From NCBI GenBank assembly GCA_965249575.1, contig OZ252244.1:896001-960000 (forward strand): 64,000 nt of DNA. Reading direction: 5' to 3'. Position numbers and translations under genes: made by a program. The notes under the pieces are model-generated. The model was not told where the DNA came from, did no database searches, and worked only from the letters and a program-made list of their open reading frames with translations. Source of the stretch: Gemmatimonadales bacterium (GTDB lineage Bacteria > Gemmatimonadota > Gemmatimonadetes > Gemmatimonadales > GWC2-71-9). Below are positions 1-10,671 of the stretch, piece after piece. Positions within the stretch are counted from its first letter, which is position 1. The number at the start of each line of letters is the position of its first letter.

Positions 1-1
1 T

Positions 2-133
2 GGGGCTCTGACGGATCAGCAGTACTGGGATCTGCTGACGCACTTGCTGGTTTCGAGGGGACTGTTCGCTGGTTCACAGCGACTTACGCCGCCAGTGGCA
101 GATACCCTCACCCTACGACCCGGTGCGCGGTAG
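2..133 (+). CDS. Partial CDS (3' end), possibly C-terminus of a c-type cytochrome domain
   Basis: Own translation of frame 2: GALTDQQYWDLLTHLLVSRG...PGAR*(TAG 131-133). Resembles the 'G-L-T-x-x-x-Y-W-D-x-x-x-L-L' C-terminal helix of small cytochromes c; any CxxCH would lie outside the window. Confidence 0.35.
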   Translation, partial: GALTDQQYWDLLTHLLVSRGLFAGSQRLTPPVADTLTLRPGAR

Positions 134-174
134 CCTCACGTCCGCGCGCAGGACTCCGGTGCCGGGTGCCCGGG

Positions 175-1485
175 CTACGGTCGCTTGTAGATGACACCTC
201 CCTTCATGACGAACCGGACGTCTTCGAGCACCCGAACGTCTTGAAGGGGATCCCCGGGAACCGCGATCAGATCGGCTAGGAGTCCCGAGGCGACCCGGCC
301 ACGGTCCTCGACACCGAGCAACTCCGCCGCGTGAATCGTTGCGGTCCGGACCGCCTCGAGTGGCGTCATCCCTCTGTCTACGAGCGTCGCGAACTCCTTC
401 GCGTTGTTGCCATGAGGAAACACGCCCGCGTCGGTACCGAACGCTATCCTCACACCAGCCTCGATCGCGCGCCGCAGGCCTTCTTTGGCACGCGGCACGA
501 CATACTCGGCTTTGACCCGCATCGCGGGCGGTAGCCGCGCGGGGTCCACGAAATCCGACAGGTACGCCGTGGGGACGAGAAACGTCCCCTCCTCCTTCAT
601 GACGTGAATCGCCTCGTCAGTCAGCAGGGAACCGTGCTCGATCGACACCGCACCGGCTCGCGCCGACGCGATGATGCCTTCTGTTCCGTGCGCGTGCGCC
701 GCCACCTTGAGCCCATGTCGTGCCGCCTCTTCCACGGCGATCCGTATCTCGCGATCGGAGTACTGTTGCGCGCCAACGGATTCCTCGAACGACAGCACCC
801 CGGCGGTCGCGCAGATCTTGATGAGCTTTGCTCCATGCTTGATCTGATAGCGCACCGCCCGAAGCACGCCATCGACGCCGTCTGCCACTCCCTGCTCCGG
901 ACCACGCTCCACGATCCCGGGCGCATATCCGGTGGCATCACAGTGTCCGCCGGTGATACTCAGCGCCTTCCCCGCAGGCATCACGCGGGGCCCGACGATC
1001 CATCCGCCATCGATCGCGTGCATCAGCGAGACGTCGACGAACCCGGCAGCACCCACCTCGCGGATGGTCGTGAACCCCGCCTCGAGAGTGCGTTGAGCGT
1101 TGCGAACGCCTCGCAGCGCCAGGTCGGCGTTCGCCTCTGTGACGGCGTGATGCGCCCAGTCGCCTTCGAGGTCGTGGGTCAGGTGCGTGTGGGTATCCAT
1201 GAGCCCGGGTAGGAGGATCAAGCCACTGAGGTCGATGGTCGTGCCTTGTCCGTCGACACCGGAGTTCACGCTCTCGATACGGCCGTCGCTGATGACGACC
1301 ACTCCGGGGCGAACGACTCGACCCGCTTCGACGTCCAGCAACCCGTCAGCCCGCAGGATTGTGCGCTGGAGCGCGTTGGACACGGACACTGAGCCGGTGG
1401 ACAGGAATAACACGCCGATCGTCAGTGTCCCGACCACGATCCGGCGCTCGCTTCGACCTTGTGCTCTCGTCGTCATACCAATCAC
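175..1485 (-). CDS. Metal-dependent amidohydrolase (Xaa-Pro dipeptidase-like), probably exported
   Basis: DTHTH, KICATAGV, AHAHG, SIEHG, FGTDAG motifs and VMKGG C-terminus; hydrophobic N-terminal segment; GTGA overlap with upstream gene. Confidence 0.92.
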   Translation of the reverse strand: MIGMTTRAQGRSERRIVVGTLTIGVLFLSTGSVSVSNALQRTILRADGLLDVEAGRVVRPGVVVISDGRIESVNSGVDGQGTTIDLSGLILLPGLMDTHTHLTHDLEGDWAHHAVTEANADLALRGVRNAQRTLEAGFTTIREVGAAGFVDVSLMHAIDGGWIVGPRVMPAGKALSITGGHCDATGYAPGIVERGPEQGVADGVDGVLRAVRYQIKHGAKLIKICATAGVLSFEESVGAQQYSDREIRIAVEEAARHGLKVAAHAHGTEGIIASARAGAVSIEHGSLLTDEAIHVMKEEGTFLVPTAYLSDFVDPARLPPAMRVKAEYVVPRAKEGLRRAIEAGVRIAFGTDAGVFPHGNNAKEFATLVDRGMTPLEAVRTATIHAAELLGVEDRGRVASGLLADLIAVPGDPLQDVRVLEDVRFVMKGGVIYKRP

Positions 1486-3035
1486 TCCGGCCAGTTCGCG
1501 TATGCATACAAGATGTCTACGAACGACTTTTCGGCGTCGACGATGCCAGCGACACGGTCGTTGCCCTCGATCACCAGGTATTCGTCAGGCGCATGGGCTC
1601 GTCCTCCGTGACCGAGACCGCCCTGAACGATGGGGAGGTTCAATGGCGGGCCGGCATAGAGCACCTGTGGATTGGAGGCTGCGGACCTCGGCCAGATCAT
1701 GGGCTCGATGCCGTACTGCTGGTACACCGACAACACGGCCTGAACCGGCGCTGCCGTCACGCTCGTCCGATACCACTCATCGTGGGTTGGAACCTCTTCG
1801 AGACTGATGTCGTCGAATCCGTGGCGGTCCAGGTGGGCTCGCATGAGGCCCACCTGCTCAGCGATCATCTGGTTCGGCACCAATCGGGCGTCGAGCCGCG
1901 CGGTCGCCTTTTCCGGAAGAATCGTCGCCGTTCCGGGCCCGGTATACCCGCCGAAGATTCCGTTGATGTTCAACGAGGGGTCGTACACCAGGTGCCGGAT
2001 CACCTCCGCCACGCTCCAGTCGTTGATGTACGCCTCGACGTTCCCCCGGTCCCTCGCCAGGGCCTGGTCGCCGTACTTCGAGATGATGGTTTCCACCAAC
2101 ATGCGTTCCTCCTCGGTCGGTGGCACAACCGAGTCGTAGAAACCGTCGATCAGAATGCGGTTCCCCGTCTCGTCCACCATCGAGGAGAGCGCTTCCACCA
2201 GCCGCCACACCGGGCTATCCAGGACGGCCTTGTGCGCCGAGATAACCGCCCGCTCTTGCGGCCCCCGCCCCCACCGCCGTCCGTGACACTCGAGGACGAC
2301 ATAAATGATGCCCTTGCGGCCAAGGTGCATCGTAATGAACCCGTCGCGGTCCTGTGACGGTGTGGCCCGCACGTGAGCCGAGCACGCCGCGAGCTGCTCG
2401 TAACGCGGCTCGAGGATCTGGTGCAGGTGAACACTTCCCTGCTCTTCCTCGCCTTCGCAGGTGAACATGATGTTGACCGGGAGCTTTCCCTCCACCGCGA
2501 TGATCGCCTCACACGCGTTGAGGAACATCCGGTTGGGCCCCTTATCGTTGATAGCGCCGCGGGCAATGATCACCTGCTGGAACGGCTCCCGCTCGACGAG
2601 ATTCGCCGCCAGTGGCGGAGATGACCACTCGCTCTCATCCCAGGGTTGGATGTCGTACATCATGTACGTCGAGATTGTCTTCTCGGCGCCAGCGTCGTAC
2701 CACGCCCACACACCGGGATATCCATCCGTCGGTACCACCTCCGCCTGCCGACATCCGATTTCCTCAAACGAGGTCTTCATCAGGTCCGCCATCTCGCTCA
2801 TCCCCATGTTCCAACTGCTGACTGAGGGCTGACGCAGATCGCGCTGCACATTCGCGACGTGCTCGTCCTTATGATCTTCGATGTACTTGTAGATCTTTTC
2901 AATCTGTGCAGTCCGCAGCACGTCGCGTGCGAAGTGTTTCGGTTGATTCAGAAATCTGAAGAAGCTCGGCCCCCCCGCCGCCCCGAGCATCGCGCCACCT
3001 CCGACCTTCAGAAACTCCTTGCGCGACAGCGTCAT
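1482..3035 (-). CDS. M20/M25/M40 family metallopeptidase/deacylase with Tat-like signal
   Basis: YDIQP, RGAINDKG, EGEEE, HAPDE motifs; N-terminal SRKEFLK followed by a hydrophobic stretch. Confidence 0.9.
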   Translation of the reverse strand: MTLSRKEFLKVGGGAMLGAAGGPSFFRFLNQPKHFARDVLRTAQIEKIYKYIEDHKDEHVANVQRDLRQPSVSSWNMGMSEMADLMKTSFEEIGCRQAEVVPTDGYPGVWAWYDAGAEKTISTYMMYDIQPWDESEWSSPPLAANLVEREPFQQVIIARGAINDKGPNRMFLNACEAIIAVEGKLPVNIMFTCEGEEEQGSVHLHQILEPRYEQLAACSAHVRATPSQDRDGFITMHLGRKGIIYVVLECHGRRWGRGPQERAVISAHKAVLDSPVWRLVEALSSMVDETGNRILIDGFYDSVVPPTEEERMLVETIISKYGDQALARDRGNVEAYINDWSVAEVIRHLVYDPSLNINGIFGGYTGPGTATILPEKATARLDARLVPNQMIAEQVGLMRAHLDRHGFDDISLEEVPTHDEWYRTSVTAAPVQAVLSVYQQYGIEPMIWPRSAASNPQVLYAGPPLNLPIVQGGLGHGGRAHAPDEYLVIEGNDRVAGIVDAEKSFVDILYAYANWPE

Positions 3036-3245
3036 CTGCTTCTCCGGGTACTCGGTTGAGGTGTAACACTCCGGTCACCGATCACGGCTTCCGAATGAAG
3101 GCTCGTCGCAGGAAGCTACGAGGCGGGCGCCAGCGGGCAAGACATCCGATGGGGACTCGGGCGCCGCTCTGGACGGCCCGCGTCCCAGAGGTTCATTTTT
3201 TGAGTCCCGGTTCAATCACCCTCGACATCCGAGCAAATCGATTTC

Positions 3246-4212
3246 ATGTCTGCCGACCGGCCCTCTGCCTCAATCGTTCTGGTCGCCGGCGACCAGCGGG
3301 AACGGGCAAGTGGCGCACTCGCGAGCATTCTCGGCCAAGACGGCATCGACGACGCCGAGGTGATCCTCATCGATGCGGCGTCCCTACCGGTGCCGCCCTT
3401 GGACGGCGCCGATCATCCGAAGGTGAGGCTCATACGAAAGGAAAAGCGACCGACCTACGGCGAAATGCGAGCGGAGGGCGTCGCGCAGGCGCGCGGCGAT
3501 ATCGTGGCCTTTCTCGAGGAGCACTGCGTGGCCCGACCGGGTTGGCTGCGAGCGAGTGTCGAAGCCTGCTCCGGCCGCTGGGTGGGCGCCGGGGGGGAGG
3601 TCATTGCACGAAACGCGGGTATCGGGACCAGCGACGCGGTGGCACTGATGTACTATGGTCGGTGGCGCGCACCCGCGCAGTTCGAAGAAACCGAGCTAAG
3701 CCCGGGCCACAACACGGCCTATCGACGGGAAGCGCTCCTGCCGTTCGAACAGCGACCTGGCGGACATGCTGCTTTCGGAGGCCGTGCTCCAGTGGAAGCT
3801 CGGCGAAGCCGGGCACTCCCTCGGCTTGGATCCGGCGATCAAGTTCGAACACCTGAACGAGACCACGCTCGCGAGTACCAGCATCGCCGTCTACTACTGG
3901 CACCGATGCTTTGGAGTTAATCGCGCAAAGCTCATGGGTTGGTCCGTCTGGATGAAAGCCTTGCGAGTCGTTGCGAGCCCGCTGGTGCCCCCGGTGCGAC
4001 TGCTGAAGCTCCTCAAACACGTCCTGCGCGACCGGCCAGCAGACTTGGGCATGTTCGTGCGCAACATTTTCGTGATCTTGACTGTGCAGAGCTGCGCGAG
4101 CGCTGGCATGGCCATGGGGCTCCTCTTCGGCCCCGGCGACGCCCCCGCCCGGCTCACGGACATCGAGCTCGACGCGTTCCGGGGCTTGCCCACCGAGGGG
4201 ATCGAAGCGTGA
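3246..4212 (+). pseudogene. Glycosyltransferase family 2, one frameshift near 3750
   Basis: GT2 N-domain (ASIVLV, EVILID, FLEEH) in ORF 3246; the protein continues as SDLADMLLSEAVLQW... in the frame of ORF 3766..4212. Confidence 0.78.
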
Positions 4213-4288
4213 CAGTGCCGTGGCCACGCGGACTCCTCGGAGCGCGAGCCTCCGCCTGCGGAGTCCAGTTTTCACCCCGCTCGCGCCC

Positions 4289-5197
4289 ATGAGTCAGGCG
4301 GTCCCCAGCGTTTCCATCATCATACCGGCGTATTCCTCGCACCCGACGATCGGTGCCAACCTCGAGACGATGGTCCGCCAGACGTACGCGAATGCCGAGA
4401 TCATCGTCATCGACAGCAGCCCCGACGACCGCACGCAACAAATCCTCGAGCCGCGGTTGGCCGGCATACGGTATGTGCGCAGTTCCGAGCGCCTTCTCCC
4501 CCACGCGGCCCGCAACCGTGGCGCCGAAATTGCGCGGGGCGATCTGCTCATGTTCACCGACCCGGACGTCTATGCGCCGCCCGGCTGGGTGCGGTCAATG
4601 GTCGATGCCTACCACCGGCACGGAGGCGTGATCGTTGGATCGGTTGCTTGCCACGGCACCGGCTGGGTCCACATGGCAATGCACCTGTGCAAGTTCGACA
4701 AGTGGTTGCCGGGCGGACCCACTAGGAGCACCGACATCAGCCCGACCGTCAACATGTTGTGCGACCGGCACTCGTTCGATGCCGTCGGTGGATTCGATGA
4801 CACGGGAATGCTTGGCGACACCCTCATGAGCTGGGCCTTCGTGGACTCCGGTATGTCCCTCCGTTTCGTTCCAACCGCCGTCATCGAACACCATCACCTG
4901 GGAACGCTGATCGACCTCGTCAGCGAGCGGTACCGATGGGGTGTCGAGTTCGGGATCATACGCGCCCGTCGTGCCCGGTGGTCGCGGACGCGCATCTTGG
5001 CTCAGGCCATCGGTTCGGTCATCCCGTTGCGCTTGGCCAAGCTCACCATTCGAACGGCGGCGGCAGCGACTCACAGTGGGCACACCGTGCAACTCGCCAG
5101 GGTGTTCCCGGCCGTGGCGGCCGGACACGCCGCGTGGCTCGCGGGCGAAGCGACTTCCTACCTGCGTTTGCTCGCCGAAACCGGCCGGAGTAGTTGA
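4289..5197 (+). CDS. Glycosyltransferase family 2
   Basis: VSIIIPAY, EIIVIDSSPD, ARNRG, FTDPD (DxD) motifs; TGATG coupling to next gene. Confidence 0.9.
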   Translation: MSQAVPSVSIIIPAYSSHPTIGANLETMVRQTYANAEIIVIDSSPDDRTQQILEPRLAGIRYVRSSERLLPHAARNRGAEIARGDLLMFTDPDVYAPPGWVRSMVDAYHRHGGVIVGSVACHGTGWVHMAMHLCKFDKWLPGGPTRSTDISPTVNMLCDRHSFDAVGGFDDTGMLGDTLMSWAFVDSGMSLRFVPTAVIEHHHLGTLIDLVSERYRWGVEFGIIRARRARWSRTRILAQAIGSVIPLRLAKLTIRTAAAATHSGHTVQLARVFPAVAAGHAAWLAGEATSYLRLLAETGRSS

Positions 5198-6399
5198 TGC
5201 GGGTGTTCATGCTGACCCACAACATGTCCGCGATCGGCGGCAGCTATCAGCGATCCCAATCGCTAGCCAAGCAGCTCGCACGGCTGGGCAACGAAGTAAC
5301 TCTCATAGCAAGCCGCCGGGAGCCGGGGCTCAGGATAATCGTCGAGAGCAGGGATGGAGTCCGGACCGTGCAGATGGCGGATTTGTTTCCGGAGCGGATT
5401 CGTCACGGTGGCTTGAGTCCAATCGATCTGCTGGGCCGGACGATCGCCGTTCTCGGCGCAATGCCGGATATCGTACACGGCTTCGACCATCGCCCCTGCG
5501 TCTCCGTCCCACCCCTGCTAGCCCGCTGGCTTGGTAGAACCAGGTTCGTCTCGGACTGGGCGGACTTATGGGGGGAAGACAGAATAGCGGGCGAGCGACA
5601 CGGGGTAACCAAAGCCACCCTCGGGCGCGCCGACCACCACGTCGAGCGCTTCATCCGCCGCCACGCGGATGCCGTGACGGCCGTGACAGCGAGTTGGCCG
5701 CGCGCGCACGGGCCCTAGGCGTTCCGCACCATCTGGTGCGAATCGTGGCGGTTGGAGCGAGCGCGGATTTCATTCGACCGCTGCCGAAGGCAGTTGTGCG
5801 CGCCAAGTACGGGATCGAGCCGGACGCCAACGTCCTCGTGCACGCCGGGTTCGCACCGTACGACGTGCGACTCCTGGGTGAGACCTTCGTGTCTCTGGCC
5901 CGTCATGACCCCAAGGCGCTCCTCCTGATGACCGGCGACCATTTCGACGGCGTGGATGAGGTGTGCCGAGCGGCTGGGATCGCCGATCGCGTCCGGCACC
6001 TGGGGTTTGCCTTACAACGAGCTGGGAGAGGTGCTCGCGAGTGCGGACGTGGGCGTGCTACCATATACCGATCGACCCCTGAACAGTGCTCGCTACCCCA
6101 ATCGTGTCGGGGACTACCTGGCGGCGGGTCGTCCCGTCGCTACCAATCTCACCGGCGATTTGGGAAACCTGATCCGGACCGAGCGCGTCGGGGTTACGGC
6201 GGACGAAAACCCAGATGCGTTCGCAGCCGCCATTCGCGATCTGTTCGAGCATGCCCATCATCGCCAGGAGATGGGCCGGCGCGCCCGAGCACTCGCCGAG
6301 ACGCGGCTTTCGTGGCGCGCGATGGCCCAGCGGGTCCAGCAGCTCTACGAGGATCTCATGGTCGTCGCACCCGGGTGCGGCCGGGCACGGTACGCATAG
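5197..6399 (+). pseudogene. Glycosyltransferase family 4, frameshifts near 5690 and 6005
   Basis: GT-B N-domain (MRVFML, PDIVHGF, ADAVTAV); middle part in the ORF 5568 frame (ARALGVP...RVRHLG); C-domain in the ORF 5956 frame (ADVGVLP, YPNRVGDYLAAGRPV). Confidence 0.82.
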
Positions 6400-7613
6400 G
6401 CCGCGGTCACGCGGAATCCGGCGATCCCAACCCCAGCCCAGGCGACCCCGGTCACTCCATACGTCACGGCCGCCATGACCGCGACTGCAGCCCCAAGGCC
6501 CGCGATGGCGAGTTGGACCAGGACGTACTGGTTGAGACGCGCTTGCGCCGCCCGCCCGACCACATAGCTGCGAGGAAGCACCTCGCCCAATAGCAGGCCG
6601 CTCGCTACCGCAAGCGGGACGACGAGACCCGAAAGCTCGTCGTAACGCCCACCGTACACAAAGCTGGCCGCGGCGGGGCCGGCGATTATTGCTACCCCAG
6701 TCAGCGTTATCGTGCCGGCCCAGACCCCGACCGCGACTCGCCCACCGCGGAGCTGCGGTCGCCGTACGATCTCGACGGCGAGCAACGGTTGGAGAACACT
6801 GCGTACGAGTACGATCGGGCGCACGAGCACGCTCAACGCCGCGTACGCGGCAAGCTCTTCCGGGGCCACCGCTGCACCTGCGATAATCACGAGCCCTTGG
6901 TCCGGAAGTAAATGCGTAATGGCAAGCGCGCCGAAGCCCACCCCGTGCCACCTGACGCGCCAGTCGATAGCGGTTGCTCCCCGAGCGACGCACGCGTGGA
7001 GACGCCCGAGCGCGGCGAGGACAGTGACTCCTACGGAGGCGACGAGCGCGCCGAGCATGAGATTCAAACGGGCCGTTTCCGGAGCGATCACTACGACCAA
7101 CGCCGGAAGGACCATCAACCCCATCGGCAGCCGCAGCAGCATGGCCGACCACGTGTAGTGACGCTGTGAGTTGAGAATATGTGCCGCGGAATGGGACACG
7201 GTGAGGAGCACGGTCCCCCCAGCAAGCACCAGCCCGTGAGGAAACGACAACCCGTACCCAAGCGCGCATCCCACGACACCTAAAGCCAACAGCGGGAGAC
7301 TAAACCTCAACGCGCCCCAAACATCGCGTAGCCAATTGAAGTGCCCCGCACCCTGATGACTGTAGAGGCGCATCATGAGGCCCGGCTGACCAACCGCTCC
7401 CACAACCGCAATGACCTGCACTAGCGAGGCAATGAGCGCGAAGCGCCCCGCGTCGGCCACCGGTAGCGTTCGCAGTATCACGGCGCTCGCCGCAAGCGAG
7501 AGCAGCGATGTCAGAGCGGAAACCGCGGTCGATCCACTGAAAACGGCCGCGAGGCTCCGTTCCACACGCTCGCCGGGCCCGGAACGCACGGTACCGAGGG
7601 CCGGATCAGTCAC
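6345..7613 (-). CDS. Wzx/MOP-family polysaccharide flippase-like membrane protein
   Basis: Roughly 12 hydrophobic segments, 'ILRTLPVADAGRFAL' N-terminal pattern, converges on the GT genes. Confidence 0.75.
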   Translation of the reverse strand: MTDPALGTVRSGPGERVERSLAAVFSGSTAVSALTSLLSLAASAVILRTLPVADAGRFALIASLVQVIAVVGAVGQPGLMMRLYSHQGAGHFNWLRDVWGALRFSLPLLALGVVGCALGYGLSFPHGLVLAGGTVLLTVSHSAAHILNSQRHYTWSAMLLRLPMGLMVLPALVVVIAPETARLNLMLGALVASVGVTVLAALGRLHACVARGATAIDWRVRWHGVGFGALAITHLLPDQGLVIIAGAAVAPEELAAYAALSVLVRPIVLVRSVLQPLLAVEIVRRPQLRGGRVAVGVWAGTITLTGVAIIAGPAAASFVYGGRYDELSGLVVPLAVASGLLLGEVLPRSYVVGRAAQARLNQYVLVQLAIAGLGAAVAVMAAVTYGVTGVAWAGVGIAGFRVTAAYAYRARPHPGATTMRSS

Positions 7614-7637
7614 TCACGACACCCGGCAGCTTCTATC

Positions 7638-8315
7638 TCAGGTGGGATCTCGTACGGAGGCCTCGGCGCCAAGAACGTCGGTTTCAGTGGACTCTACCGA
7701 GTCGTCCACCAGGGGCGCTTGTGCGGTACGGTTCAGATGCAGAGAAAGAACGCCGAACTGATTGTAGTGGCCGGTGATGTCGTGAATCATTTTCGGGGCA
7801 ATCAAATCGGCGAGGTCGAGGTCCGCGTAGACGATTCCCTCCTCGTCGATCAAGGGCCCGCCGATCGCGCGTCCATCGGGCCCGTACACCGCGGTGAGGG
7901 CATAATTACGTCCTTCGAGGCGTTTCCGCTTGGCGGGCGTGTCGGCAATCAGGCCCAGCGCAGCGTCATCGAGCAGGCTGGTTGACGCGGCGACGAAGAT
8001 CACAGGATCGACCTCATTGAGTCCCATAACGACTACGGCGTTGTGTTCCCGGGCGGCTTCGCACAACACGTCGGTCCACTGACCGGGGACGGTCACCGAG
8101 TTCTCATAGAGCCTCTTGAAGAGCCCCGCCCCCTCCAACGGAGCCTCAAGCCAAACCCAGTAGGGGTAGGCCGGGATGAAGGCTTCGGGGAATGCAACGA
8201 TCGAAGCGCCGTTCCCGGCCGCTTCTCGTATGAGCGAGCACGCCTTGTCTACCGTGCCGGGTAGATCGAGAAACCTGGGCGCCGTCTGAACCGACGCGAT
8301 TCTGGTCTTTCCCAT
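7638..8315 (-). pseudogene. Nitrilase (carbon-nitrogen hydrolase) with in-frame internal deletion
   Basis: Has FPEAFIPAYP (catalytic Glu) and C-terminal DITGHYN, but jumps from MGLNEVDP to VIFVAAS with no HRKL (Lys) or LxC (Cys) motifs; 225 aa versus about 300-340 typical. Confidence 0.8.
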
Positions 8316-8380
8316 TTAGACTCTCCGTTCGGGACTCTCTCGGGGGGCCAACCCACCGCGCCCGGCGCGTGCGTCAGCTC

Positions 8381-9262
8381 TTAGTGGGTCATCGCATAGA
8401 GGACGATGTTGATTCCCAGTGCGTACGCATCCGACGAAAATCGATGAAAGAACTCGTACTCCTCCCCCTCCCGCTCCCACCCGTCGGCAATATCCGTATT
8501 GTGGGACATCACCACCATAAGGCGGCCACGGCGGTCGGAGATGCCCCGCAGGTGCGGCCGGGCAGACTCGCTCCCCCGCTCCTACGTTCGCGTCCCGCCG
8601 GTGCGGCGCCAGAACTGAATGGACGGGATCTGCGGTACCTCTCGCACGTCGTACTGTACCCGGAAGATCGGGTGTGCCGACGGAAGGTCGACGATAGGAT
8701 AATCGGCCGGCGGCAGAACCTTCCCGATTTCATGAACCCAGTGCGTCCATGCTCGCTGCCCCCAAAAGTCGTCGACGTAGAGACCTCCGCGCAGCAAATA
8801 CGCGCGCAAGCGAGCGACCTCGACGTCCTCGAAGCCAGCCGTGCCCACATCGGACATGAAAATGAACGGGTAGTCGAAGATGGCGTCGTCACTCAGCGTT
8901 ACCACGACGTGATCGGGATGGCCCTCTCCATTCCGGCTGACCTCCGCTTTCGTGAATTCGGCGAACCGATTCATGAAGTTGATGTCCGACATGGGGTAAT
9001 CAGTATTCCAGCCGTGGCCGAGGGGCTCCCGCAAGACACTCTGATAGAGGATTCGACAGAAGACGAACAGCCGGTCTGGCACTCGAGCTGGATCGGGGAA
9101 CCTGGGCGGTGCGCGGTATCCCCACCATCCTCGTCGATCGACCGTCGACTGGCCCCGTGCGGGCACCGCCGCCAGACTCAGGCCGAGCGTGACGAGGAGG
9201 ACGATCGGCGGTACCGACCGTACAGCCCGGATCTGCGAAACCCGATGCTGGCTACACCGCAT
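8381..9262 (-). pseudogene. DUF4159 domain protein with one in-frame TAG (8582-8584)
   Basis: WNTDYP, YPFIFM, YLLRGG, DDFWG motifs; the same frame continues past TAG as ERGSESARPHLRGISD...NTDIADGWE...GINIVLYAMTH*. Confidence 0.85.
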
Positions 9263-9294
9263 CGTGCCTATTTCCTACGCGACCGAAGAGGCGT

Positions 9295-10671
9295 CTAGCC
9301 GGAGGAGACTTCGCGCGGTGCGGCCGGGACCGGGCCCGCGTCCCAGTCCTGCTCGGTCGAGACATTGGGCACCTTCCAGTGCCGTCCGTTCCAGCCATCG
9401 AAGCCCTCTAGCTGGAACGCCCAGAACCCGCTCGTATAGTCGGTCATCACAATCAACCCGTCGGCGTTCCTGATATCGATATCCGCTGCCCCGTTCAGCA
9501 CGCTCGTACCCTGCTGGTTGGTGAAGCCCCCCCAGCCCATCCGGTGCGCACAGGCGCATGTATAGTACCACCCCTCGGTGGTTGGATTTTGGGGATCGAC
9601 CATGTTGAAGATCTGGAGCCCGTCCTCAAAGGCCGCGACGAAGACATACGGCCACCGCACGTCGACGATGTGTGAGGCATCCTGCCAGTCAGCGGTCCAT
9701 GCGCCAACCGGTTGTGCGATGTTCTTCGTCTCACCCCGCAGCCCCGGCGTCATGTCGAAGACCATGACCGGCCAGAACTGCCGCTCGACCGTGCCCACGG
9801 CATATCGGGCATCTGGCGTGGCGATTACGGTGTGGCCCGACGCGACGACTCCGCGTCCTCCGCTCATCGAAAACAGGTACTGGGGCTCCGCGGGCCGCGT
9901 GATATCGAACACGTGAAAACCGGCAGCCCCGGCGCCATAGAGCTTGTCCTGTCGCGTCGCCGGATCGTAGGCGACATACGTATCGTGATACCCACGTACG
10001 ACGTTCTTGAGTGGAGTCTCCGGAACCGGCACGACGCCGACGAGCGCGTCAGAGGCCGGCCCGCTCAGCAGCTTGGCCGCATCGAAAATCTGTGCATATG
10101 GCCCCGCGGTCGGGGTCGTCACCAACAAGGTCCGGCCGTCGGAGTGCCTGTACGGAAACACGTGGACGACTCTGGGACCCTCCTCGGCGATCCGAGCAAC
10201 CTCCCTCACGGTCGACCCGTCGGGCAAGCCAGTCACATCGAAAACGATCAATCCGAGATCGTCGCCCGGCGTCCCGCGCTGGTATTGCACGGTCTTCGCA
10301 TAGTAGTACCGCTCATGCAGCTTGAAGTAGCGCCCGTTCTCGCCGGCCAGGCCGACGCGGTTTTCCCGGCCAGGGAACTTCCACTCGTACACAACCTTCG
10401 GATCGTGTGGCTCCTTGACGCTGATGACCGTAAACCCCGCGTATTCGGCGAATCCGGAGACGTACACGTAGGGCCGTGCCAATTCCTGCTCGATATCGAC
10501 CCCCGCCACGGTGAAGTACCCGCTCAGCGGGAGGTGTGCGACGAGCTCGACGTTGTCGCTCCCGCCCTTTTTTCCAAGAGGTGTTTGGGCCTGCGAGGCG
10601 GAGATCCCAGCCAAACTCGCAACTGCCGCCAAGAGTGCGGCGCGGCCCGACGTGCTCAGGCGATTACACAT
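9295..10671 (-). CDS. Secreted LVIVD-repeat-like beta-propeller protein (paralogue 1)
   Basis: Signal peptide (ASQA/Q), GGAGGA RBS; clear similarity to 46243-47619 and 47697-49049 (EQELARPYVYV, FDVTGLPD, GYHD, RNADGLIV). Confidence 0.8.
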   Translation of the reverse strand: MCNRLSTSGRAALLAAVASLAGISASQAQTPLGKKGGSDNVELVAHLPLSGYFTVAGVDIEQELARPYVYVSGFAEYAGFTVISVKEPHDPKVVYEWKFPGRENRVGLAGENGRYFKLHERYYYAKTVQYQRGTPGDDLGLIVFDVTGLPDGSTVREVARIAEEGPRVVHVFPYRHSDGRTLLVTTPTAGPYAQIFDAAKLLSGPASDALVGVVPVPETPLKNVVRGYHDTYVAYDPATRQDKLYGAGAAGFHVFDITRPAEPQYLFSMSGGRGVVASGHTVIATPDARYAVGTVERQFWPVMVFDMTPGLRGETKNIAQPVGAWTADWQDASHIVDVRWPYVFVAAFEDGLQIFNMVDPQNPTTEGWYYTCACAHRMGWGGFTNQQGTSVLNGAADIDIRNADGLIVMTDYTSGFWAFQLEGFDGWNGRHWKVPNVSTEQDWDAGPVPAAPREVSSG

